A stretch of 64,000 nt of DNA, taken from an uncultured Actinomycetes bacterium (GTDB lineage: Bacteria > Actinomycetota > Thermoleophilia > Gaiellales > Gaiellaceae). This document shows positions 8,643-17,780 of this stretch, piece after piece. Positions within the stretch are counted from its first letter, which is position 1; every line of letters starts with the position of its first letter. Both the position numbers and the translations under genes were made by a program. A model generated the notes under the pieces. That model was not told the origin of the DNA. It did not search any database and saw nothing but the letters and a program-made list of their open reading frames with translations. The DNA lies in contig CAVWUL010000011.1 of the NCBI GenBank assembly GCA_963758125.1, positions 73,347 to 137,346 on the forward strand, read 5' to 3'.

Positions 8643-9761
8643 ATGAGCGAGCCGTCCGGCGCAGCCGTGTTGGCACCACCGACCGGACATAGCCCTCGTG
8701 CGAGGCGCCTCGCGAAGGTCGCCGCGTGGCTACTCGGGATCACGCTCTTCGTCCTGATCCTTCAGTTCGTCGGCGTGGACGTCAGGGGCTGGTTCTCGGA
8801 TCTCTGGGATCAGATGAAGGCGGTCCCGCTCAGCTACATCATCGCCGCGCTCGTCTTCCAGTCGGGCCAGACGATCTTTGCCGGAGTCTCGTACTACGGG
8901 ATCCTGAAGGCCGCCTACCCGGGCGAGGTCACGCTGCCGCCGATCGTGACCGCCTACGCCGTCGGCGTCGCGATGAACAACTTCCTGCCGGCCAACATCG
9001 GCACGTTCGTGACGCTGCTCATGTTCGTCGCGCTGATTCCGGCATGCACCGTCGGCGGCTCGATCGCGGCGTACCTCGTGCAGAAGATCTTCTTCGCCGT
9101 GGCGGGAGCCTTCGTCTATCTCTATCTCTTCCTCTCCGTTCCGAACTCGTTCAAGGACAACCTCGGCAACGTCTCCGCTCACCCTGCGTTGGCAGTGGTG
9201 ATCGTGGTCGGCGGGGCCGTCCTGATCGTGATCGTCGCGCGGCTCTGCTGGCGGCAGGTGAAGAAGCTCTGGGCGCAGGCGAAGCAGGGCGGCGTGATCC
9301 TGTCGACTCCCAGTCGCTACTTCACCCGCGCCTTCCTGCCGTCGTTCCTGTCCTACGTCTGCAAGTTCGTGGTGATCGGGATCTTCCTGGCGGCCTTCGC
9401 GATCCCCGTCACCTTCGACTCGCTCATGTGGATCGTCGGCTCGGGCTCGCTCGCCAACGTCGCTTCGTTCACGCCCGGTGCGGTCGGGGTCACCCAGGCG
9501 ACGAACGCGCTCGCGCTCGACATCTGCTGCAACGTCCCGAAGAACACGACAATCGCCTATTCGACCGCCCAGCAGCTGATCACGACCGCCTGGAACGTGG
9601 TCTTCGCGTTGGTCCTCGTGATCTCGGTCTTCGGCTGGACGGGTGGGAAGCAGCTCGTCTCGAGCTCCTACGCGGGCGCGAAGGACCAGGTCGCCGAACG
9701 CAAGGAGGATCACAGGCGCAAGAAGGCCGAGAAGAAAGCGGCGGCCGCAGGCGACGACTGA
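8643..9761 (+). CDS. flippase-like membrane protein (lysylphosphatidylglycerol-synthase TM-region family)
   Basis: 372 aa, roughly 8 TM segments. AVGVAMNNFLPANIGTFV resembles the LPG_synthase_TM family. Lys-rich C-terminal tail. Confidence 0.7.
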   Translation: MSEPSGAAVLAPPTGHSPRARRLAKVAAWLLGITLFVLILQFVGVDVRGWFSDLWDQMKAVPLSYIIAALVFQSGQTIFAGVSYYGILKAAYPGEVTLPPIVTAYAVGVAMNNFLPANIGTFVTLLMFVALIPACTVGGSIAAYLVQKIFFAVAGAFVYLYLFLSVPNSFKDNLGNVSAHPALAVVIVVGGAVLIVIVARLCWRQVKKLWAQAKQGGVILSTPSRYFTRAFLPSFLSYVCKFVVIGIFLAAFAIPVTFDSLMWIVGSGSLANVASFTPGAVGVTQATNALALDICCNVPKNTTIAYSTAQQLITTAWNVVFALVLVISVFGWTGGKQLVSSSYAGAKDQVAERKEDHRRKKAEKKAAAAGDD

Positions 9762-9871
9762 CCTGGCGAGTTCTTGCCCGGTCACCAAGACGACCGGAGA
9801 TATTCACCAGAACGACTCACGAGGTTCACCCCTCGCCCCCTACCCTAGGGCCGTGCGCCAGAGGAACGCTC

Positions 9872-10252
9872 ATGACTGAAGCGGGGGTCCAGGACGAGTA
9901 CCTCGCACTGCTGATGCGAAGCGGCGACGCGGAGACGTTCGCGGCCGGCGCGAAGATCTTCGACGAGGGCGACGCCGCCGACCGGGTCTATCTCGTCAGG
10001 AGTGGCGAGGTCGAGCTCACGACCGGCGCGAATCACGTACTCGAGATCGTGGGGCCGGGTGGGCTGTTCGGCGAGATGGCCGTGATCGAGCGCGACACGC
10101 GCTCCGCCACCGCGGTTGCCCTCTCCGACTGCGAGCTCGTCACGATCGACCGGCGCCGTTTCTGGTTCCTCGTCCAGGAAACGCCGTACTTCGCGGAGAT
10201 CGTGATGCGGGTCATGGCGGACCGCCTCCGCCGCGAAACGTCGCGCTCCTAA
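9872..10252 (+). CDS. stand-alone cyclic-nucleotide-binding domain protein
   Basis: ATG with GAGGAA upstream. 126 aa. FGEMAVIERDTRSATAVA matches the cNMP phosphate-binding cassette. No output domain. Confidence 0.85.
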   Translation: MTEAGVQDEYLALLMRSGDAETFAAGAKIFDEGDAADRVYLVRSGEVELTTGANHVLEIVGPGGLFGEMAVIERDTRSATAVALSDCELVTIDRRRFWFLVQETPYFAEIVMRVMADRLRRETSRS

Positions 10253-10351
10253 CTGATACCGCGCATCTGCGTCTGAGACGTACTACGATTCGACACGGAT
10301 GTAGCGTCGATTTTTGACGGGGGAGCTGTGCGGCAACGGGAAAGGGGAGCG

Positions 10352-11374
10352 ATGGTAGGTGCGTCCACGTACGGCTCCGATCGAGCCAGGGGAATGCTCG
10401 TCGGCCTTGTGCTCGTCGCGTTGCTCGCGGCCGGCCTCACCGGCTCCACAAGAGCTGCCACGCCGAGCCTGACGCTGACGGTGCAGCTTGTTCCCGGCGT
10501 CGTCTCGCCCGGCAAGCCGGAGCTCGCGGTCGCGACGTTCCAGAACCTCTCGCCCGTTGCCCTCTCGGGCGTGGTCGTCACGGTGCACCTCCCCCACGGC
10601 TTCACGATCGTGAGCCCCGGGAAGTGCCGGGTCATCGGGAAGACGGCCGGCACGATCGCCTGCCCACTCGGCGACGTCGCCGCCCATTCCACGACCAGGG
10701 CCAACGTGATCGCAAGGGCACCGAAGACGATCTCCAAGGAGACGAGCGTGAAGGCCACCTTCGCGCTTCGCGTCGGCTCGAGCAAGCCGTTCCCGATCCT
10801 GACCGGCACCTCGGCCAAGGTGCTCGCCTCGAACAACGACTCCGAGAAGGGAAGCTGCTCGGTGAAGCCGGCGCCGATCACAGCGACCCTGAATGACCAG
10901 GAGACCTCCCTCGTCGCTCCGTCTACGGCGGCGGCCTCGCTCCACCTGATCTGCACCCCGCTCACGGTCGGCGTCGAGGCCAAGCCCGCGTCCGGTGTCT
11001 ACAAGACGCAGATCTCCTCGGTCGGGCTCCCGCAGCTCAATCATCCGACGGTCGTGAAACTGACCTTCCCGAACGAGACGCTTCCCGACGAGAGGTGGAT
11101 CGACGACATCGTTCCCGGAACAAAGCCCGCGTTCGACAACCGGAACCCGCTGTGGATGTTCGATGCGAAAGCCCCCGGCGGTAAGCGGGTCGTGCCGAAA
11201 TGCACGGCCGCGCACACTCTGCCGCGCGGGTGGCTGACCTGCGTGCTCCAGGTGCACGCGACGGACGTTCCCAACCCGAACGGGCCGTTCGACGACAGGG
11301 ACGACTACGACCAGGGCTGGATCAAGCTGCTCGTGCAGGGAACCGGCTTCGGCGATCCCCGCTACATCGGCTAG
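10352..11374 (+). CDS. secreted protein with a DUF11-like N-terminal fold, otherwise uncharacterised
   Basis: ATG after an AAGGGGAG SD. Signal-peptide-like LVGLVLVALLAAGLTGSTRAA. High GC3 in this frame, unlike the antisense ORF 10249..10983. Confidence 0.6.
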   Translation: MVGASTYGSDRARGMLVGLVLVALLAAGLTGSTRAATPSLTLTVQLVPGVVSPGKPELAVATFQNLSPVALSGVVVTVHLPHGFTIVSPGKCRVIGKTAGTIACPLGDVAAHSTTRANVIARAPKTISKETSVKATFALRVGSSKPFPILTGTSAKVLASNNDSEKGSCSVKPAPITATLNDQETSLVAPSTAAASLHLICTPLTVGVEAKPASGVYKTQISSVGLPQLNHPTVVKLTFPNETLPDERWIDDIVPGTKPAFDNRNPLWMFDAKAPGGKRVVPKCTAAHTLPRGWLTCVLQVHATDVPNPNGPFDDRDDYDQGWIKLLVQGTGFGDPRYIG

Positions 11375-11381
11375 CGGGAAG

Positions 11382-14300
11382 TCAAACCAGAGCGGGGGGT
11401 TTCGCGAGCTCGGCCTCGACACGCGCGAGCCCGACGAGGTGCTGCTTCTGCGCGTAGAGCGAGTGAGCCTCCTCGAGCGCTGCCGTCCGCTCGTCGCCTG
11501 AAACGAAGACCGAGGAGACGTCGAAGAGCGCGTCCGCCCTCAAGACCGGCGCATCGGTGTGACCGGCGAGCTCGATCGCCGACCGAGCCCTTGTCTTCGC
11601 CTCCTCCGGATGGCCGCGCGCCGCGAGCAGGCGCGCCTGCACCGTCTGGAGCAGAGCCTGGGCCTCGACGTCCTCGGGGTCGGAGAGCCCGTCGGCAACG
11701 GCGACGAGCTCATCCGCCTCGTCGAGCCGGTCGAGCTCGTACAGCGTCTTCGCGAGCAGCGCGGCGATGTTCGGAAGGAAGTACCGCTCGTCCATCGCGC
11801 TGAGGGCATCGTAGTCGGCACGCAGCTTCTCCTCCGCCGCCTGGGGCTCACCCGCCATCAGCTCGATGCGCGAGGAGAAGTCCGAAGTCCGCGCCGCAAG
11901 CACCGTCGCACCGAGGTCGCGAAGCAGCTCTGCGCCACGGGCGCTCAGCTCTCGCGCCCGCTCGAAGTCGCCGGACATCGCGTGCAACGGGGAGAGTGTG
12001 AGCAGCGCGATTCCCTCGGCCTCACGGCTCGCGAGCCCCCGGCCGAGCACCTCGCCCGCACGCTTGATCGCCTCCGGCGCGGGCGTCGAGCCCTCCGCCA
12101 GAGCCATCACGTAGGACGCCGAGAGGCGCGCGACCTGACGATCCTCGCCGGCAAGACGTGCGCTCCCGATCGCGTGCTCGAGCGCGTCGGCGGTCTGCTG
12201 CCACCGGCAGACCGTGCCGTGCACGAAGGCGATCATGCGCCACGCCTTGGCGAGGGACGCGGTCGCCTGGTTCTGCTCGAGCATCGGGATCAGGCGCTCT
12301 GCCTCGTACTGCACCTCGGACCGCCACGCATCGAGATCCTCCACCGTGTGATGCGCGACGAGAAGCCTCGTCAGGATCGCCTCGGCTTCGAGCGTCCGGT
12401 CGCCGAGCGCGGCGGCGCCCGCGACAGCCTCGTCGAGGAACTCCTGAGCGTGCCCGAACTCGCCGATCTCCATCAATGCCTCGCCGAGGTCCGGGAGCAA
12501 CTCGAGCCGGGCGCGAGAGCCCTCGGGGAGCAGATCGACCGAGCGGCGGAAAAGATTCGAAGCCGCCCACATGTCGCCGCGGCCGAAGGCACGACGCCCC
12601 GCAGGGCCAAGCTGCGCGGCTGCGCGACGGCCGAGCTCGCGGCCGACGTCGTCGAGCGGTGCCAGCTCGACCAGGTAACGCCGCGCCTGCTCCAGGTGGT
12701 AGCCGACGATCTCCTGGAACTCGATCTCGCGGTCGCGCTCGCGGTTCACCCGCTCGGCCCAGTCGGCAAAACGCGAGTGCAGCGTCGAGCGCGTCCGCTT
12801 CGGCAGCCGGTTGTAGGCGGTGTCCTTGATCATGATGTGGTGGAAGCGGTGCAGCTCGGGCACCGCGTCGTCCACCGTCTGGATCAGGCGGCGCTCGACG
12901 ATCCGCGCGAGCCGCTCGTCGAGCTCGGCGGCCGCGTCCGGCGAGAGCTCGGCCAGAGGCTCCTTCGAGAACTGGAATCCGATCACCGAGGCCGACTCGA
13001 CGACCGTGAGCTCGGACATCGGCAGCAGGTCGAGCCGGGCCGTGAGGAGCGCCTCGATCGATGCCGGAACCGCCATCTCCCCGGAGAACTCGGCCGTAGT
13101 CACCCAGCTCTCGCCTTCCTGCCGGAGCATCCCCTCCTCGACGAGCATCGTCACGAGCTGCTCGAGGAACAGCGGATTGCCCTGCGAGGCCCGACTGATC
13201 TGAGCGCGCGCGTCCCCTGGCAGCGACCCACCCAGCACGTGCTCGACGAGCCGGTCGATGTCCTCGCCCTGGAGCGGCTCGAGCTGAAGCCGCTCGGCAC
13301 CGGGAACGGCGGGCCAGTCCGGCTGCTTCTGCTCGAGATCCGGCCGCGAGGAGCAGACCAGCAGGAGCGGAGCCGGCCCGGCGGTCGCGCCGACGTGCGA
13401 GAGCAGATCGAGCATCGCGGTCTCGGCCCAGTGAACGTCCTCGAACACGGCGACGACCGGTTGCCGCCGCGAGAGCGACTCGAGGAACTTGCGAACGCCC
13501 CAGAACAACTCGTCGAGGGGGAACTTCCCCTCCGAGAGCCCGACCGTGACGGCGATCCGCTCGGCGACCGCACCGTCGTCTGCGAGCGCGGCGATCTTCC
13601 CCCGGGCGCTCTCGGGCGCGTCGTCATCGGCGATCCCGGCCGCCTGCGCGACGATCTCGACGAGTGGCCAGAACGTGATCCCTCGGCCGTAGGGAAGACA
13701 GCGCCCGCGGACGGCGAGACCGCCGCGTGCGGTCGCGAGCGACATCAGCTCCTCGATCAGCCGCGACTTACCGGTTCCCGCTTCGGCAAGAAGCGTGAGA
13801 AACCGCGGCGCGGACTCGGAGATCGCCGCCTCGAGCGTCTCGGTGAGCAGGCCGAGCTCGCGCTCGCGCCCGATCAGCGGCAGGTCGGTGCGACGCGGCG
13901 GGCTTCCCGTCTCGGTCACGGCGAGCAGCCGGTAGGCGGCCACGCGCTCCGCCTTTCCCTTCAGCTCGAGCGGCTCGACCTGCTCGACCTCGACGGCGCC
14001 CCGAAGCAGCCTGTAGGTCGGCTCGCCGATCAGCACCTCGTACGGCGGCGCGGCCTGCTCGAGCCGCGCCGCAGTGTTGACGGTGTCACCGGCGACGAGG
14101 CCCTGGCGTGTCGAGGCGTCGCCGGAGGCGATCACCGAGCCGGTGTTGATCCCGGTGCGGTTCGCGAGCGTGACACCCCACCGCAGCTCGAGCTCCTCGT
14201 TCAGCACTGCGAGGCGCGCCTTCATCTCGAGCGTCGCGCGGGCGGCCCGGAGCGCATCGTCTTCGTGCGCGACCGGCATCCCGAAGACCGCCATGATCGC

Positions 14301-14579
14301 ATCGCCGATGAACTTCTCGACGGTGCCGCCGTGCATCTCGAGCGCGCCGCTCATCTCCTCGAAGTAGCGCTTCAGGATCTCGCGCACCGCCTCGGAGTCG
14401 ATCCGCTCCCCGAGCGCGGTCGAGCCGACGAGATCCGAGAAGACGATCGTGACCGACCGGCGCGTCTCGTGAGCCGGCTCCGGCGGCGGGGCGGCCTCGA
14501 GCGGGCCGCCGCAGAATCCGCAGAACTTGAATCCCGCCGGGTTCTCGCCGGCGCAGGCCGGGCATGCGATCATCGACAC
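11382..14579 (-). CDS. zinc-ribbon / class III adenylate-guanylate cyclase / P-loop NTPase / TPR multidomain protein
   Basis: 1065 aa. CPACAGENPAGFKFCGFCG zinc ribbon; cyclase domain (VTIVFSDLVGST, GDAIMAVFG, NTAARLE); Walker A GEAGTGKSRL; long helical-repeat C-terminus. Confidence 0.9.
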   Translation of the reverse strand: MSMIACPACAGENPAGFKFCGFCGGPLEAAPPPEPAHETRRSVTIVFSDLVGSTALGERIDSEAVREILKRYFEEMSGALEMHGGTVEKFIGDAIMAVFGMPVAHEDDALRAARATLEMKARLAVLNEELELRWGVTLANRTGINTGSVIASGDASTRQGLVAGDTVNTAARLEQAAPPYEVLIGEPTYRLLRGAVEVEQVEPLELKGKAERVAAYRLLAVTETGSPPRRTDLPLIGRERELGLLTETLEAAISESAPRFLTLLAEAGTGKSRLIEELMSLATARGGLAVRGRCLPYGRGITFWPLVEIVAQAAGIADDDAPESARGKIAALADDGAVAERIAVTVGLSEGKFPLDELFWGVRKFLESLSRRQPVVAVFEDVHWAETAMLDLLSHVGATAGPAPLLLVCSSRPDLEQKQPDWPAVPGAERLQLEPLQGEDIDRLVEHVLGGSLPGDARAQISRASQGNPLFLEQLVTMLVEEGMLRQEGESWVTTAEFSGEMAVPASIEALLTARLDLLPMSELTVVESASVIGFQFSKEPLAELSPDAAAELDERLARIVERRLIQTVDDAVPELHRFHHIMIKDTAYNRLPKRTRSTLHSRFADWAERVNRERDREIEFQEIVGYHLEQARRYLVELAPLDDVGRELGRRAAAQLGPAGRRAFGRGDMWAASNLFRRSVDLLPEGSRARLELLPDLGEALMEIGEFGHAQEFLDEAVAGAAALGDRTLEAEAILTRLLVAHHTVEDLDAWRSEVQYEAERLIPMLEQNQATASLAKAWRMIAFVHGTVCRWQQTADALEHAIGSARLAGEDRQVARLSASYVMALAEGSTPAPEAIKRAGEVLGRGLASREAEGIALLTLSPLHAMSGDFERARELSARGAELLRDLGATVLAARTSDFSSRIELMAGEPQAAEEKLRADYDALSAMDERYFLPNIAALLAKTLYELDRLDEADELVAVADGLSDPEDVEAQALLQTVQARLLAARGHPEEAKTRARSAIELAGHTDAPVLRADALFDVSSVFVSGDERTAALEEAHSLYAQKQHLVGLARVEAELAKPPALV

Positions 14580-14642
14580 GGTCTAGCCGGGGCCGTCATC
14601 CCCAGATCGTATAAGCCGCGACTTCCGAAAGCCTCTCCGGCG

Positions 14643-15617
14643 TCAGAGATCGGCGAACACCTTCTTCCAGTCGCTCTTCACGCTGACGACCGTCCAACCC
14701 TCGGCCGCCGCGGCCTCGAGCGAGCGTTCTGCACCGGTCGTGTAGTCGAACTCCCGCTCGGCGTCGTCGTGCAGGACGAGGAGCCGGAGGGCGTTCCTCG
14801 ACGGCCCGCCGGCGTAGCGGAGCATCTCGATGTCGCCGTTCGAGTTGCCGCAGGCGAGGATCGGGCGCCGGCCGATGCGGCTCCAGATCCGCACCGGCTT
14901 CACCGGCCCGTCGTCGAAGAAGTCGGGCTGCGCCTTGTAGACGATCTCGCCCCCATGCTCACCGTCTTCGTAGCCGAGCGCATTCGAGCTGCCGATCACC
15001 CGTTCCGACGGGATGCCGTAGACCTGGTCGGTGACCGCTCTCATGAAGTCGCGGTCGCCGCCGGAGACGATGAAGCTCGTGAAACCGTTCGCGGTCAGGT
15101 GGTGGAGCAGCTCGACCATCGGCAGGTAGCTGCATTCGCAATATGACCTTCCGAGCGTCGGATGGTCTTGCCCCGTGAGGAACCCGTGCGCGGCTGCCGC
15201 ATATGCCTCGACCGTCATCCCGGCGAACCCCTCGAGGATCCCGCCCATCAACACCTTCACGACGCTGTCGTCCCCGGCGTAGTGCTTCGCGACCGCCCCT
15301 CCGAGCCAGGCGTAGTCCCCCTCGTTCGCAGCCTTCCAGGGCTGACGATCGGCAAGCGAGGTGTCCGCCGCAACCATCTCGCGGAACCGCCGCAGGATGA
15401 AGGCGAGCTCGACGGGCATCGGCTTCTCGCACCAGAGCGTTCCGTCGTTGTCGAAGACGGCGATTCGCTCCGCGGGCGGGACGAAGTCGGGTGAGCTCTC
15501 GTCGGTGACGCGCTCGACGAACTCGGCGATCGCCGCCGTCGTCTCACCGTCGTGCCAGGAAGCGAGCGCCGCCACGGGGAGCGAAGGATATCGGCGTGCA
15601 GGCAGGAACGAGTTCAC
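14643..15617 (-). CDS. HAD-superfamily hydrolase
   Basis: Only the C-terminal 324 aa of track ORF 14643..16358 look coding. FDNDGTLW (motif I) and GNSNGD (motif IV). GTG start at 15617 is inferred. Confidence 0.7.
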   Translation of the reverse strand: MNSFLPARRYPSLPVAALASWHDGETTAAIAEFVERVTDESSPDFVPPAERIAVFDNDGTLWCEKPMPVELAFILRRFREMVAADTSLADRQPWKAANEGDYAWLGGAVAKHYAGDDSVVKVLMGGILEGFAGMTVEAYAAAAHGFLTGQDHPTLGRSYCECSYLPMVELLHHLTANGFTSFIVSGGDRDFMRAVTDQVYGIPSERVIGSSNALGYEDGEHGGEIVYKAQPDFFDDGPVKPVRIWSRIGRRPILACGNSNGDIEMLRYAGGPSRNALRLLVLHDDAEREFDYTTGAERSLEAAAAEGWTVVSVKSDWKKVFADL

Positions 15618-15708
15618 ATCCCCGACCGCGCGACGAGCGAGGCGAGAGTGAAGTTCTGGCGTTTCTTCGAAGACGAGCCCGGCAAGGAGCCGGCTCGCAC
15701 CGCCACCC

Positions 15709-16852
15709 GTGGTGGAGCACCAGACGACGATCGAGATCGACTCGGAGGAGCTACGGACGCTCTCGAACGTCTTCTCCGCTCCGAAATGGCTGCGCGATCT
15801 CGGGATCGCGTCGTGGCTTCTCGCCGGGGTGACGATCGTGCTCGTCGGGATCGTCTTCTTCGCCGCGCTGACCTCGACGATCGTCGACCCGGTGCTCATC
15901 GGCGCTCGTGGTCGCGACGGTCGCGTCGCCGGCGCGTCGGCTGGCTGCAGGGCCATCGCGTCCCGCGGGCGGCGGGCGCCGCGATCGTCCTGCTCGGAAT
16001 CCTCGCGATCGTGATCCTGATCGTCCTGCTCGTCGTCGGCGGGATCACGAGCCAGTCCGAGACGATCAGGGATCAGGCCTCGGCCGCGGCGCCGAAGGTG
16101 CAGCGGTGGCTCCAGGGTCTCGGCGAGAGCCGAACCGGAGCCTCGGGTGCGACCGACAGCGTGAAGGCCGCGGCTCCGAAGGCGATCTCGACGCTCGTTC
16201 ACGGCGTCGCGAACACGATCGCCGGGCTCGCATCGTTCGCCTTCGGAGTCTCGTTCGCCGCGCTCGCGATCTTCTTCCTGCTGAAGGACGGGCCCGGGAT
16301 GAGAACGTGGGTCGGAGGGAGCATTCGGCGTCTCGAGGCCGGTCGCGCGCGTGATCACCGGCGGCGTGATGCTGTCACTGCGGCGCTACTTCCTGGGTGT
16401 GACGATGGTGTCGGTCTTCAACGGCGTCGTCGTCGGCCTCGGCGCGCTCGTGCTCGGCGTTCCCCTGGCCGGGAACGATCGCGATCGTCACCTTCGTCAC
16501 CGCCTACGTTCCCTATCTCGGCGCGTTCGTGGCCGGCGCCTTCGCGGTCGTGCTGGCCCTCGGCGCCAAAGGGACTGCGACAGCCCTGATCATGTTCGCG
16601 ATCGTGATCCTCGCGAACGGGCTCCTGCAGAACATCTTCCAGCCGATCGCGTTCGGCGCGACCCTGAGGCTCAACCCGCTCGTCGTCCTGATCGTGACGA
16701 TCGGAGCCGGCTGCCTCTTCGGCATGCTCGGGCTGATCCTCGCCGCCCCGCTCACCTCGGCGGCGCGCCAGATCACGGGTGAGCTGCGGGAAGCTCGCGG
16801 CGCCGCGCGCCCCGAGCCACCGACGGAGGCGGCCGAGCCCGTCCCCGTCTAG
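15709..16852 (+). pseudogene. AI-2E family (PerM/YhhT-like) transporter, multiply frameshifted
   Basis: Homologous segments run in frame 1 (15709-~15900), frame 2 (~15902-15930), frame 0 (~15930-16330), frame 1 (~16351-16475) and frame 2 (~16476-16852). Confidence 0.75.
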
Positions 16853-16887
16853 CCTCGACTCCACAGCTGCCCGCGGGCGATCCGAGA

Positions 16888-17694
16888 TCAGTCTTCGTCG
16901 AGTAGCTCGAACACGTTTCGCTGCTCTTGGACCGTGAGATCGTGGTTGAGATGCGCGACTCGCCGAGCCTCGCGCCCGATCGATTCGCTCGACCAAAGGC
17001 GTTGGTTGAATGCGTAAACCGCGGCCTTGTAGTCGAGCCAGGCTTCCACGAGCCGCTCGACGGCCAGACCCTCCGAGAACTCCGCCGGCACGAGAAGCTG
17101 GGTCTGAGAGGCCCTCGTGCTCTCGAGCTGAACCCACTCGCGTCCCACGAACCGCTGCGTTGCCGTCGAGAAGCGGACCAGCATTCCAGACCGATCCGCC
17201 GCCTCCACTTCGTCCCTGTGGGCAACTTCTATCTCCCAACCCTGCTCTGGAGAGGTGGGGCCTGTGGCGTCTGGATCGATCCGCCTGAGCCACGACATCA
17301 CCACGGCTTTCTCACGTGTTCGTCGACTCCAGGAAAGTCGCGCAACGCGCGAGCCACTCGAACTCGACGGAGCCCGGCCGTTGTAGGCCGGGCGGGTGTC
17401 GTCCAGCACGACAAAACCTCCGTGCGGATCCGCGTACGCGGCGCGTGTCTGTGCTGATCGGAGGCAGGAATCGCATTGACCGGCCTCGGCGGTCCACCCC
17501 GTGATGTGAAAGCACTCCGAGCAGATGAGGACCGGATAGCTCCGGTCCCCCAGGGCCTGAACTCGTAGTTGTGCGGCCCGCCAGAGAAGCTCGCGCCCGA
17601 TCGCACCGGTCTCGCCGGCGTTCAGCGCCTCGACTTCGAGTGCCTCGGCTTGCGCTGAGAGATCGCGATCTGGTGACCAGCCGGTGTCTGGCAT
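16888..17694 (-). CDS. hypothetical protein with a CxxC..CxxC zinc-ribbon-like motif
   Basis: ATG at 17694 (MPDTGWSPD). 268 aa. CSECFHITGWTAEAGQCDSC. GC and GC3 are visibly lower than in neighbouring genes. No family recognised. Confidence 0.5.
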   Translation of the reverse strand: MPDTGWSPDRDLSAQAEALEVEALNAGETGAIGRELLWRAAQLRVQALGDRSYPVLICSECFHITGWTAEAGQCDSCLRSAQTRAAYADPHGGFVVLDDTRPAYNGRAPSSSSGSRVARLSWSRRTREKAVVMSWLRRIDPDATGPTSPEQGWEIEVAHRDEVEAADRSGMLVRFSTATQRFVGREWVQLESTRASQTQLLVPAEFSEGLAVERLVEAWLDYKAAVYAFNQRLWSSESIGREARRVAHLNHDLTVQEQRNVFELLDED

Positions 17695-17780
17695 CTTCAC
17701 CGAGTTTGTACCGAACTCCGAACGCGCGCAACCCGCCTCGAGCGACGCCCAGAGCTCAACCTTCGCGATTGACCGGCGTG

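Noticed and set aside
10249-10983. 244-aa minus-strand ORF opposite the DUF11-like gene
   Set aside because: The plus-strand frame has the high GC3, an SD-preceded ATG and a signal peptide. The minus-strand product is Ser/Thr/Ala/Pro-rich with no start context.
11559-15146. 1195-aa plus-strand ORF
   Set aside because: It is antisense to the cyclase and HAD genes. The composition is Arg/Pro/Gly/Leu-rich with no recognisable domains, typical of the long spurious antisense ORFs in high-GC DNA. The same applies to 1632..3320(-), 8726..10252(+, except its last 126 codons), 28653..30695(+), 33515..35848(+), 42176..43960(-), 54203..56020(-) and 56919..58346(-).
15618-16358. N-terminal 247 residues of the 571-aa ORF 14643..16358
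   Set aside because: This part is charged low-complexity sequence antisense to the AI-2E transporter remnant. HAD-family similarity begins only shortly before the DNDGTLW motif.
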